Assembly: GCA_965249775.1 (NCBI GenBank)
Contig: OZ252253.1
Coordinates: 3,232,189-3,296,188 of the forward strand
Source: Longimicrobiales bacterium
Lineage (GTDB): Bacteria > Gemmatimonadota > Gemmatimonadetes > Longimicrobiales > Gaopeijiaceae
DNA: 64,000 nucleotides
Direction of reading: 5' to 3'
In this document: one piece after another, positions 18,113-27,228 of the stretch
How the letters are laid out: each line of letters starts with the position of its first letter
Position numbering within the stretch: position 1 is the stretch's first letter
Translations under genes and position numbers: made by a program
The notes under the pieces: generated by a model
The model's input: only the letters and a program-made list of their open reading frames with translations
Told to the model about the DNA's origin: nothing
The model's database searches: none

Positions 18113-20920
18113 ATGGCATCGTTCAGCTCGCGGCTCTTCTTCGGGCTCGTTCTTTTCTTCCCGGGGCTCGTTCTCGTCGGTCCCATTCTGATTGCGAACC
18201 CTCAACGCCTTCATGCGCAGGCAGTCGAGGCCGGCCAGGGGAGCGCCGAACCGGCTCAGGAAGTGACGGTCAACGCTGACTATGACCACGACTTGGCGCC
18301 CAGGGCTCGGGCGATCCTGGTGCAAACCGCAATCGATGTGGACGGGCGTCTCGAGGAGCCGGTGTGGGCACAGGCGCCCCCCATCACGGAGTTCATCCAA
18401 GACGTGCCCGCGGAGGGAGAGCCGGGCACGGAGCGTACCGAGTTCCGTGTGGTCTATGACGATGACGCGATCTATATCGGAGCCATGCTCTACGACCGGT
18501 CCCCGGTCACGACGCGGCTCCAGCGGCGCGATGCGGGGGCTGGCGACTTCGACTTCATCATGGTCAGTCTCGACAGCTACCATGACCATGAGACCGTGTA
18601 CGTGTTTGGGGTGAACCCATCGGGCTCGTTTCACGACGCGGTGTCATCCAGTGGGGGCGGAGGCGGAGGATTCGGGGATAGCTCGTGGGATCCCGTTTGG
18701 GACGTCGCGACGCGGGTTTCCGAGGCGGGGTGGTCGGCTGAGATGCGGATCCCATTCAGTCAGCTCCGCTTCAGCCGAGCCCAGGAGCAGGTGTGGGGCA
18801 TCCAAATCAGGAGAAGCATCCACCGCAACCAGGAGACGGTCACGTTCCCTTTCGTACCGACTCTGGAGAGGGGCGGGGCCTCCCGATTCAGCCACCTGGA
18901 TGGGATCGAGGGGATCGAGCCGGGCCAGAGGCTGGAGCTCCTGCCCTATGTGGCGGCTCGTGGAGAGTATCTTCAGTTGGCGGATCCCTCGGGCATCAAC
19001 TTCTCGAACCCCTATCGGAGTGGGTCCGACTACTTCACCCAAGCTGGGCTGGACCTGAAGTACCGGTTGGCCTCGAACGTCACCCTGGACGCCACGGTGA
19101 ACCCCGATTTCGGCCAGGTGGAGGTGGATCCGTCCGTGATCAACCTGACGGCGTTCGAGACCCGATTCCAAGAGCGTCGCCCGTTCTTCGTGGAGGGGGG
19201 AGACATCTTCCGTGTCGGAGAAGGAGGTCCGGCCGGTAGCACCGGGAGGGCCCCGCAGCTGTTCTACTCCCGGCGGATCGGGCGTTCCCCGTCGGGGTCG
19301 GTCCCGTCCGAGGCGGTGTTTTCCGATGTGGCGTCCGCGACGACCATTCTGGGTGCCGCGAAGGTCACCGGGAGGGTAGCGGACGGTTGGTCGCTTGGGC
19401 TCCTCGAGGCGGTCACCGCTCAGGAGACCGCCAGCTATATGGCGGCCGACCAGGGCGTGGGTGAGGCAGTGGTCGAACCGGCGACCAACTACTTGGCGGG
19501 GAGGCTTCGAAGACAGATCAGGGGTGGCGAGACGCGGTTCGGCGTACTTGGTACGGCGGTAAACAGGGCCCTGAACGGGACGGGCATGCGTGGCCTCCTA
19601 CACTCGTCGGCCTACACCGGAAGCGCGGATTTCGCGCACGAGTGGTCGAACCGAACCTACCGGATCAGTACCATGTTCTCGGGGAGTTACGTAGAGGGAG
19701 CTCCGGCAGCGATCACACGTACACAGCTATCCTCCAGACGGTACTATCAGCGTCTCGACGCGGATCACGTGACCCTGGACCCGACCGCGACCTCTTTGGC
19801 CGGGTACTATGCGATGGTCGACGTTGCGAAGCAGGCCGGAGCGTTTGGCGCGAAGGTCGCGCTGGCGGCTTCCAGCCCGGGCTACGAAGTGAACGACCTC
19901 GGATTCCAGACCGCCTCTGACCGGCTCATCGTCGACACGAACCTCAGCTACAATCAGCCGAACCCTGGTCGGATCCTGAGGTCGTGGGACATCCGTGGGA
20001 GCCCGGACGCCGCGTGGAATTATGCAGGCGACCGGATCTGGACCGAGGTAAACGGCAACTTCAACTTGCAGTTCCTGAACTACTGGAGCCTAGGGGGCAG
20101 ATTCGGCTACAACCCCCAGCACCACGACGATCGCCTGACGCGTGGGGGACCGCTGGCGGGCACGCCGCGTCGCCTCGGGGGGAGTGTGAACGTACGCTCG
20201 GACGGACGGCGCAGGACGACCGGCCGTCTCACGTATCAGTGGGCAGGCGCGAGTGACGATTCCTGGGACCGCACCATAAGCTTCGACCTGACTGTAAATC
20301 CAGGCGAGCACGTGAGGATTCAGCTTGGGCCGTCGTACAACTGGCGTCACGCGTCGGCCCAATACGTTTCCTCGGTGGCGGACCCCCTGGCCACCCAGAC
20401 CTACGGTCGCCGCTACGTCTTCGGCGGACTCGACCAGACCACGGTCTCTCTAGCAACGAGAATGAACGTCACGTTCACGCCCACACTGTCTCTGCAGCTC
20501 TATGTGGAGCCCTTCATATCCACCGGGGACTATCAGGAGCTCAAGGAGTTCGAAGAGCCCGGGGAGTACAGATTCCTGGAGTACGGGACCGACATCGGGA
20601 CGATCTCGCAGGGCGCCGGCGGGACCTACACGATCGATCCCGACGGCGCTGGCCCCGCCCAACAGTTCCAGGTGGCGGATCGGGACTTCAGCTACCGCAG
20701 CCTCATCGGGAACGCGGTCCTACGCTGGGAGTGGCGCCCCGGGTCGACGCTATTCCTCGTGTGGCAGCAGAGCCGGATCAGCTCGCTCAGAGGGGACGGC
20801 GCCGGCGGGACCGATCCGTGGATCGGAGGATTCGACTTCAGCCGCGATGTGGGCGACATGTTTGCCACGCCTGCCGACAACATCTTCGCGATCAAGGTGA
20901 ACTACTGGCTGAATCCCTGA
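18113..20920 (+). CDS. DUF5916 / carbohydrate-binding-family-9-like domain outer-membrane protein
   Basis: 935 aa with a signal peptide. N-terminal CBM9-like region (VDGRLEEPVW...EFRVVYDDDAIYIGA), then a long beta-rich region. Confidence 0.6.
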   Translation: MASFSSRLFFGLVLFFPGLVLVGPILIANPQRLHAQAVEAGQGSAEPAQEVTVNADYDHDLAPRARAILVQTAIDVDGRLEEPVWAQAPPITEFIQDVPAEGEPGTERTEFRVVYDDDAIYIGAMLYDRSPVTTRLQRRDAGAGDFDFIMVSLDSYHDHETVYVFGVNPSGSFHDAVSSSGGGGGGFGDSSWDPVWDVATRVSEAGWSAEMRIPFSQLRFSRAQEQVWGIQIRRSIHRNQETVTFPFVPTLERGGASRFSHLDGIEGIEPGQRLELLPYVAARGEYLQLADPSGINFSNPYRSGSDYFTQAGLDLKYRLASNVTLDATVNPDFGQVEVDPSVINLTAFETRFQERRPFFVEGGDIFRVGEGGPAGSTGRAPQLFYSRRIGRSPSGSVPSEAVFSDVASATTILGAAKVTGRVADGWSLGLLEAVTAQETASYMAADQGVGEAVVEPATNYLAGRLRRQIRGGETRFGVLGTAVNRALNGTGMRGLLHSSAYTGSADFAHEWSNRTYRISTMFSGSYVEGAPAAITRTQLSSRRYYQRLDADHVTLDPTATSLAGYYAMVDVAKQAGAFGAKVALAASSPGYEVNDLGFQTASDRLIVDTNLSYNQPNPGRILRSWDIRGSPDAAWNYAGDRIWTEVNGNFNLQFLNYWSLGGRFGYNPQHHDDRLTRGGPLAGTPRRLGGSVNVRSDGRRRTTGRLTYQWAGASDDSWDRTISFDLTVNPGEHVRIQLGPSYNWRHASAQYVSSVADPLATQTYGRRYVFGGLDQTTVSLATRMNVTFTPTLSLQLYVEPFISTGDYQELKEFEEPGEYRFLEYGTDIGTISQGAGGTYTIDPDGAGPAQQFQVADRDFSYRSLIGNAVLRWEWRPGSTLFLVWQQSRISSLRGDGAGGTDPWIGGFDFSRDVGDMFATPADNIFAIKVNYWLNP

Positions 20921-20962
20921 GGTGGGGGGCGCTCCGGCCGACCGACAAGGATTCCTACTCGG

Positions 20963-21973
20963 TCACGCGAACGCTACAAGCTCCAACGGCTCGGACTTCC
21001 CACGCAGCGTGACGGAGCCCATCTCCTCGGCTGTCCAACCCTCCGGAAGAGCCAGGCGTGCGAGGAGATCGGCGGACGACACGAGTCGCCTTCCGAGCCG
21101 AGCACACTCGCCTTGAATCCGGGCGCCGGTGTTGAGCACGTCGCCGTTGAAGACGAGCCCCCTCTTCAGATCTCCGATCTCGGCCGTCATCACTTCTCCC
21201 ACGTGCACCGCGGCTTTGTACTCCGGTACGACACCGAACCGGTCCAGGTAGCGCTGCTTCTTTCTTTCGACGATCGCGTCGATGTCGAAGAACACTCGGA
21301 GGCAATTCGCATCCTTGATCCCCCGCTCCTCCCTCCAGGTGAGGACGACTTCGTCTCCGACGTACTCGTAGATCTCACCAGCGTTGTCGAGGACCGGCCC
21401 GGAGATGTCTCCGAAGAATTCGTTGATGAAGGCGAGGTATGTTTCGTGGCCCAACTGTTCAGCGAGCGACGTCGAGGACTTGATGTCCAGGAACATGAAG
21501 ATGCGGGCTTCACGCCGAGGCCTGTGGTATCGGCCCAGCAGGTAGCGCAGCAGCACGCCGGGACCGAACAGCCGATCGAGTTGCCGGAAGAACACGATGA
21601 TCGTGTAGAGAACGAAGCCGGCTCCCATCCGCAGGAAGTATTCCGGCTCGGTGAACGATGCCCAGAAGTCCGCCATCGTCAGGCCCACCATCAAACCGTA
21701 CGTGAGGCCGATCGATTGGAATACGAGGACGAGGGATCCGATGTACACGAGCGACTTCGCCAGGACCGCCACCGAGAAGGGCAGACGTCTCATCCGCTCG
21801 TCGAAGGACGACTCCTCGAGTAGGGCCAGTGGCATCGCGAGGGCGATCCCGATGATGAGGCCGATGAACGAAATCGTCCCCGATTCGATGAACTCATAAC
21901 TAAGGGAGACGGGAATGCAGACCATCATGATCATGATGGCGGTTCTAAGCCGGCGTGCCGTATTCGCGCTCAT
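20963..21973 (-). CDS. Membrane-anchored class III adenylate/guanylate cyclase
   Basis: N-terminal TM helices. C-terminal cyclase motifs FMFLDIKSST, VGDEVVLTW, GDVLNTGARIQ. Confidence 0.75.
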   Translation of the reverse strand: MSANTARRLRTAIMIMMVCIPVSLSYEFIESGTISFIGLIIGIALAMPLALLEESSFDERMRRLPFSVAVLAKSLVYIGSLVLVFQSIGLTYGLMVGLTMADFWASFTEPEYFLRMGAGFVLYTIIVFFRQLDRLFGPGVLLRYLLGRYHRPRREARIFMFLDIKSSTSLAEQLGHETYLAFINEFFGDISGPVLDNAGEIYEYVGDEVVLTWREERGIKDANCLRVFFDIDAIVERKKQRYLDRFGVVPEYKAAVHVGEVMTAEIGDLKRGLVFNGDVLNTGARIQGECARLGRRLVSSADLLARLALPEGWTAEEMGSVTLRGKSEPLELVAFA

Positions 21974-22208
21974 GAAGACTCCGGAGTTGGGACAACGTTG
22001 GGGCTCGAGTCGAACAGTCAGATCAGGCTACAGTGTGATGTGCGGCTCTCGCAAACTCGTGTCGGCTCGGCGGGGAGTGGCCTGTGCCGGACCCTGATGG
22101 GTTACAGTTTCTCGTTGCCGCGAGGACCGGGAGCCCTTGAGGTTTGCCATATCGGGCAGTAGCGTCTCCCGAACGAATGGTGTTTCCTGACGTACCCTTC
22201 GGAGCCGT

Positions 22209-22919
22209 ATGACAAAGACCCTTCGGCGTTGGAGCGTTTCGCTGAGCCTGGCGTGCGCCCTACTCCTGTTGTGGGCAGTGGACGTCGCGGCTGCCCACGG
22301 TGTGGCACAGGACGACGCCTCGTTCTTCCTCACGAACGTGGGTGCGGCCATCGGGCCGTTCATGTATCTCGGTGCCAAGCACATGTTCACCGGCTACGAC
22401 CACTTGCTCTTCCTGGTGGGGGTCATATTCTTCCTGTACCGCCTTCCGGACGTGGTCCTGTACGTGAGCCTCTTCACCCTGGGACACAGCATCACCCTGC
22501 TGGCAGGCGTTCTCTGGGGAGTGCAGGCCAACCCATTCGTCATCGACGCCATCATTGGCCTGTCTGTCGTGTACAAGGCGTTCGACAATATGGACGGCTT
22601 TCGCCGCTTCTTCGGCGTCCAACCGAACACCAAGATCTCGGTCCTCATCTTCGGCCTCTTCCACGGATTCGGCTTGGCGACAGCGATTCAGGAGAACGCC
22701 CCCTCGAGGGAAGGTCTCGTCACAAACATGCTCAGCTTTAACGTCGGCGTCGAAATGGGCCAGATTCTCGCGCTCATGGGTGTGCTCATCGCGCTGAGCT
22801 TCTGGCGGACGCGGGACGGATTCCTGAGGCATGCATTCGTGACGAACGCCTTGCTCATGGCCGGTGGCTTCACGCTGATGGGATATCAGATCGTCGGGTA
22901 CTTCGTTAACGCTTCATGA
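22209..22919 (+). CDS. HupE/UreJ-family membrane protein (putative Ni/Co transporter)
   Basis: Signal peptide, His-rich mature N-terminus (AAHGVAQDD), GHS..L and FGLFHGFG motifs, 6 TM helices. Confidence 0.7.
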   Translation: MTKTLRRWSVSLSLACALLLLWAVDVAAAHGVAQDDASFFLTNVGAAIGPFMYLGAKHMFTGYDHLLFLVGVIFFLYRLPDVVLYVSLFTLGHSITLLAGVLWGVQANPFVIDAIIGLSVVYKAFDNMDGFRRFFGVQPNTKISVLIFGLFHGFGLATAIQENAPSREGLVTNMLSFNVGVEMGQILALMGVLIALSFWRTRDGFLRHAFVTNALLMAGGFTLMGYQIVGYFVNAS

Positions 22920-22926
22920 GGCTGCC

Positions 22927-23670
22927 ATGACGGATTCTACGACTTCAGACCAAGGGGCTCCCGATCCGGGCGCTCCCGAGCCAGGCGCCCCCGAGCCGGG
23001 CGTTCCAGAGCCGAACGTCCCCGAGCCAGAGGCCCCGCAGTCCGGCGTCCCCGGGCTCAGCCTTCCGGATCCCCCGTCGAAAGCAAAACTGGCGTGGGCG
23101 ACCCTGGCCGCGCTCCTCGTGGCGGGAGTGGTCCTGGTCATCGCCGTCTTGCCGGCTGAATACGATATCGATCCAACAGGAATCGGTGAGCTTCTCGGGC
23201 TGCGCGTCCTTTCGACACCCGGGAGCGGCCTGATTCCCGTACGGGAGGATGGCCTCGAGGCCCATCGAAGTAGCTACCGCCTCGACCGGAGGACGTTCGT
23301 GCTCGAGCCTGATAGTGGGTGGGTGGAGTACAAGTATCGGCTGGAGGAAGGCCGCTCGATGGTGTATTCGTGGACCGCGAGCCACTGGGTCCGCTCCGAG
23401 ATGCACAGCGAAGCCGACGGGGCACCTGAGGGTACGGCCGAGTTCTTCGAAGTCGAGGAAGAAACGCTCGCCCGACACGGTAGCTACGTCGCGCCGTTTC
23501 CAGGGATCCACGGCTGGTACTGGCTCAACGAAACTGATGACACGGTCACGGTGACGTTGGACGCCGCCGGTTTCTTCAGCACGTCTTTTGAGTTTGTGGA
23601 AGGCGTGGCCCCCATCGTACGGGAGATCATGGAGACGCCGGACTCCACGGCTTGGCGGCCATTTTTCTAG
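22927..23670 (+). CDS. Hypothetical single-pass membrane protein with N-terminal PEPGA pentapeptide repeats
   Basis: APDPGAPEPGAPEPGVPEPNVPEPEAP, then a TM helix. Starts 8 nt after the HupE stop. Confidence 0.5.
   Translation: MTDSTTSDQGAPDPGAPEPGAPEPGVPEPNVPEPEAPQSGVPGLSLPDPPSKAKLAWATLAALLVAGVVLVIAVLPAEYDIDPTGIGELLGLRVLSTPGSGLIPVREDGLEAHRSSYRLDRRTFVLEPDSGWVEYKYRLEEGRSMVYSWTASHWVRSEMHSEADGAPEGTAEFFEVEEETLARHGSYVAPFPGIHGWYWLNETDDTVTVTLDAAGFFSTSFEFVEGVAPIVREIMETPDSTAWRPFF
22957..23035 (+). repeat. Imperfect 15-bp in-frame tandem repeat (about 5 copies) encoding the PEPGA repeats
   Basis: Units gctcccgaKccRggc repeated at 22957, 22972, 22987, 23002, 23017. Confidence 0.7.
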
Positions 23671-23679
23671 CTCAGCTGC

Positions 23680-24126
23680 ATGGAGGTTGCTATGACCACC
23701 GATTCGGATGGGACTCCTGACCGGAGGGACCACGAGAGCGTCGAGACGCTCCGTCTCCGCAGCCTATCGCCGGCGTTGACGGTTGCAGACGTCGAAGCGA
23801 GCCTCGCTTGGTATCGGGACGTGGTTGGATTCCATGTCCGGGAGACGTGGGAGAACGAGGGCAAAGTTGGGGGCGCCTCCCTCATAGCTGGAGAGGCTTC
23901 CCTCCTCTTGGTCCAGGACGACTGGTCGAAGGGCCGTGACCGTGTGAAGGGCGTGGGGTTTCGGCTACACATGACCACCGGCAGCGACGTGGACGAGCTC
24001 GCAGCGGCGATCGAGCAACGGGGCGGCGCACTGGAGTCCGCTCCGGCCGATATGCCCTGGGGCGTACGGGCGTTCAGCCTCGCGGACCCGGACGGCTACA
24101 AGATTACGATCGCTTCGGAGGAGTGA
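23680..24126 (+). CDS. VOC (glyoxalase-fold) family protein
   Basis: 148 aa. LTVADVEASLAWYRDVVGF...FSLADPDGYKITI matches the glyoxalase fold. Confidence 0.65.
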   Translation: MEVAMTTDSDGTPDRRDHESVETLRLRSLSPALTVADVEASLAWYRDVVGFHVRETWENEGKVGGASLIAGEASLLLVQDDWSKGRDRVKGVGFRLHMTTGSDVDELAAAIEQRGGALESAPADMPWGVRAFSLADPDGYKITIASEE

Positions 24127-24157
24127 ACGGGCACCCTTTCCGTTAGGGCCGCAACGC

Positions 24158-25678
24158 ATGCTTCGTAACAGGCTCAAGCGAATCCTCGCCCGTCTTGACA
24201 CGCCCAGCCGTTTGATCGCAGCCGGCGGTGCGATCATTCTGAGTTCGTTAATCCTCTATGCCAGCACATTCGTCGTGTCCTACGGCGAACTACTGCGCGC
24301 CGACAACCCCCTCATGAGAACGGATGTCGCCCGGCTCACCACTGCCCGGGTACAGCGTGTGTACGAGATTCGGGGAGTCAAGCAGCTCCAGTCCGTCGTG
24401 CGCGACGCGGCCGAACGCGGCCTCAAAGTGTCCATTGCGGGCAGCCGGCACAGCCAGGGAGGGCATACCTACACCGAGGGCGGCGTGGTGCTGGACATGC
24501 GCAGCTTCAACCGGATCCGAACCATCGACGGGGCAGCGATGACCGTCACTGTAGAGAGCGGCGCGACCTGGGACGAAGTACAACGCGCAATCGCGCCACG
24601 GGGGCTCGCGATCACAGCGATGCAATCGTCGAATGTCTTCACCGTTGGCGGCACGCTGAGCGCCAATGCGCACGGGCGTGACATCGATGTGACACAGGTA
24701 GTCGAGACGGTCGAGCGCTTCAGCCTGCTGCTTGCAGACGGGAGCGTCGTGGAGGTGAGTCGGGGCGAGAACGCCGAGCTGTTCTCTCTGGTGATCGGCG
24801 GATACGGCCTCTACGGCGTGATCCTCGATGTCACGCTGCGCGTCACACCGGACGAGCTGTATGAGCAGCGCTTGGCCTTGATGGATTATGCGGAGTTCCC
24901 GGGATACGTCGCTGAGCAGGTTCAACCCGACACGCGAGTCGTTCTGTTGCTCGGGCGTCCTTCGATCGATCCCGATCCCGACTCGTTTCTCCGCGAGATG
25001 GTCGTTGTAATATGGCGACACGTCGACGAGGGCCAGGCCGGCTCGTTCGAGTTGACCGAAGAGGAGAACGTTCTTCGCGACAAGTTCCTCTTTAGTCTGT
25101 CGCGCCGGTTCGATTGGGCCAAGTCCTGGCGCTGGTCACTGCAGAAACGGTTCGAGTTCAGCACCGCCCTAATCGTGTCACGCAACAACGGGATGCGCCC
25201 CCCAGTCGCCCCGGTAGAGTTCCTCGACTATAGCTCTCGCCGCGACTCTGACATTCTTCAGGAATACTTCGTGCCGGTGGAGAACTTCGTCCCCTTCATG
25301 GACCGCTTCCGCGAGGTCCTGATCGACGGCGACGTGAATGTGTTGAGCTCGACCGTGCGTTACGTGGAGCCGAACGTAACGCCGGCCCTCGCCTACGCCC
25401 CCCGTGGTGATGTGTTCGCCGTCATCCTGGTCAGCAACGTCGAGTTGTCCGAGGAGGGCCAGGTCCGCGCCGAGTCCGTCACGCGTCAGTTGATCGATGC
25501 CACGCTCGAATATGGCGGTACGTACTACCTCACCTACCAGCCCTACGCCACGCCAGAGCAGCTTCATCGTGCGTATCCCACCGCGCAGCGCGCCTTCGAC
25601 CGCAAGCGGTTCTATGACCCTAGCGAGTTGTTCTCCAGCCAGTTCTATGAGCGGTATGGCCACACGCTGGCCCGCTGA
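24158..25678 (+). CDS. FAD-binding (PCMH-type) oxidoreductase, membrane-anchored
   Basis: N-terminal TM helix. FAD-binding-4 motifs VSIAGSRHSQGGH, GGVVLDMRSFNRI, GATWDEV. Family: FAD-linked oxidase / D-arabinono-1,4-lactone-oxidase-like. Confidence 0.75.
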   Translation: MLRNRLKRILARLDTPSRLIAAGGAIILSSLILYASTFVVSYGELLRADNPLMRTDVARLTTARVQRVYEIRGVKQLQSVVRDAAERGLKVSIAGSRHSQGGHTYTEGGVVLDMRSFNRIRTIDGAAMTVTVESGATWDEVQRAIAPRGLAITAMQSSNVFTVGGTLSANAHGRDIDVTQVVETVERFSLLLADGSVVEVSRGENAELFSLVIGGYGLYGVILDVTLRVTPDELYEQRLALMDYAEFPGYVAEQVQPDTRVVLLLGRPSIDPDPDSFLREMVVVIWRHVDEGQAGSFELTEEENVLRDKFLFSLSRRFDWAKSWRWSLQKRFEFSTALIVSRNNGMRPPVAPVEFLDYSSRRDSDILQEYFVPVENFVPFMDRFREVLIDGDVNVLSSTVRYVEPNVTPALAYAPRGDVFAVILVSNVELSEEGQVRAESVTRQLIDATLEYGGTYYLTYQPYATPEQLHRAYPTAQRAFDRKRFYDPSELFSSQFYERYGHTLAR

Positions 25679-25750
25679 CTGAGACCACGGACTCTTCGCC
25701 CCATCCGAGTCCGCTAATGGATAGTACGGTTATCGACCGTGGCTCCGTCC

Positions 25751-26281
25751 TCAACGCCCGGCGCCCAACTCCTCCAGTGAGCCGTACCTGACCTGAAAGG
25801 CCGCGGTCACCGCGGCATCGGGCTGAACCTCGCCCTGCACCGTCCACCGGATGTTCGTGTAATCCTCCGGACTAGCGGGACGCAGCTCGGTTCGGCCGTC
25901 GACGACCACCTCGACCATGGGCTGTTCGGAGTAGGACGTGCCGCCGTCCAGTGAGAACTCCACGACGACGCCTTCACGGTCCGCGCCGGCAGTGCCTTGC
26001 AGGTAGTGCATGCCTTCCGGCAGGGGGTCCGTGAACTGGATGTTGTTGACCGGCCGCCCCGTGATGTTGGTGAAGACGAGCCTATACTCCACCACGTCTC
26101 CCAGTGTCACGCGATCGGGGTCTCGATCAAGGGCGTCCCTCTGAGGGCGAGCCTGTTCCGACGGGAGGATCGTCGCCGAGACCACCAGCGCCTCGGGTGC
26201 CTCCTCCTGTTGGGCCGCCGCCGAGCCGCTCGCCAGCGTGAGAACCACCAAGATCGGTAAGGCAATCTGTAGGAGCTTCAT
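25751..26281 (-). CDS. Secreted DUF11-like (conserved repeat domain) protein
   Basis: The start is placed at the ATG at 26281 (MKLLQIALPILVVLTLASGSAAAQ) with GGAGAG upstream. The ORF-track extension to 26434 is unlikely to be translated. Confidence 0.5.
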   Translation of the reverse strand: MKLLQIALPILVVLTLASGSAAAQQEEAPEALVVSATILPSEQARPQRDALDRDPDRVTLGDVVEYRLVFTNITGRPVNNIQFTDPLPEGMHYLQGTAGADREGVVVEFSLDGGTSYSEQPMVEVVVDGRTELRPASPEDYTNIRWTVQGEVQPDAAVTAAFQVRYGSLEELGAGR

Positions 26282-26407
26282 TTGTTTCTCTCTCCTCTTG
26301 AACGCTTTCCGTCCGGCTTCGACATCGGGACGACTCCCGTCGGGTCGATGTCCGACCGGCTGCTCCAGTAAAGAAAGCAAGGTCCGTGCCCGACTGTTTG
26401 TTCGACG

Positions 26408-27058
26408 GTGGGCGCTCGAGGCCACCGTCGACAACCGCTAAAAGACGCTGCCACTGCTCAAGATTCCGGGCGCCGATTCCCTCAGAAACGAGCTCCAGAA
26501 TCGTCACGACCGGTGAGCCGAATTCGGAAAACTTTACCCTCCCCGGCACGATGTGCCCACCGAAAAATTTGCCGATTTTTGTCCCTTTGGGACCGGTCAA
26601 ATGACCTGAGTCCGCGGGTTCTCGACGTTCTGGCGGGATTGACCTTTCTGACCCAGAACGAGGTAGCCTCGGTCGGGTTCCAGACCAACTCCGTCTTCCG
26701 CGTGATGGACAACAACAGGGGCTATCGCCTCGGGAACGAACACGGCTTCACCGTATGGGGCGCGTACAATCTCTCGGATTGGGTGAGCGTCTCGATGCGG
26801 GGCCTCTTCGAGAAGTGGGGTGACGTGAAGGGAGACGACCCAGCAACGGACGGTACGAGCGATCCCAGCGCCGATTCCTTCCGTCAAGGAGGAGAGCGAG
26901 TCCAGATCCCCTTTGGTGTCAGCTTCTTCCTCAGAGAAGGACCCGCCGCGGGCCACCGGCTCTTGCTCGAGTGGTACTACGCGGTCCACGAGGACCTCAA
27001 CGGCCCTCAGCTATCGACCGATCGAACCCTCGTGGTCTCCTGGCAAACCTTTTTCTAG
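26408..27058 (+). pseudogene. Possible truncated outer-membrane beta-barrel (MetA-pathway/OmpW-like C-terminal half); start and integrity uncertain
   Basis: Only the C-terminal ~150 aa (LTFLTQNEVASVGFQTN...VVSWQTFF) looks OMP-like, with a terminal aromatic residue. No convincing signal peptide or start codon. Confidence 0.3.
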
Positions 27059-27168
27059 CTCCATCCTGACCGCGAAGGCTGGAGGGCCTGTCCCATGCCC
27101 TCGACGTGGTGGCGATAGGCACGCAGATTCCACACCCTTGGTTGAAACCAACCCCGTTCGAGCACCGT

Positions 27169-27204
27169 ACCATAAGGGGATTCCCGTCCATAAGGGGATT
27201 CCCG
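27169..27204. repeat. Exact 18-bp tandem duplication (ccataaggggattcccgt x2) 25-60 bp upstream of the repeat-protein gene
   Basis: Read directly from sequence. Each unit contains the palindrome GGGA-T-TCCC. It is a probable regulator-binding site pair. Confidence 0.8.
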
Positions 27205-27228
27205 TTCGGGGTTCAGAGAAGGGTGTAC

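Noticed and set aside
20800-20830. ggaggattcgac motif reminiscent of a tmRNA 5' end / tRNA-like T-arm
   Set aside because: It lies inside the DUF5916 coding sequence with no acceptor-stem partner. No tRNA or tmRNA was recognised anywhere in the window.
21974-22208. Cobalamin riboswitch call upstream of HupE/UreJ
   Set aside because: I could not find the B12-box or conserved GCCACTG core by eye. It is left as a low-interest flag only.
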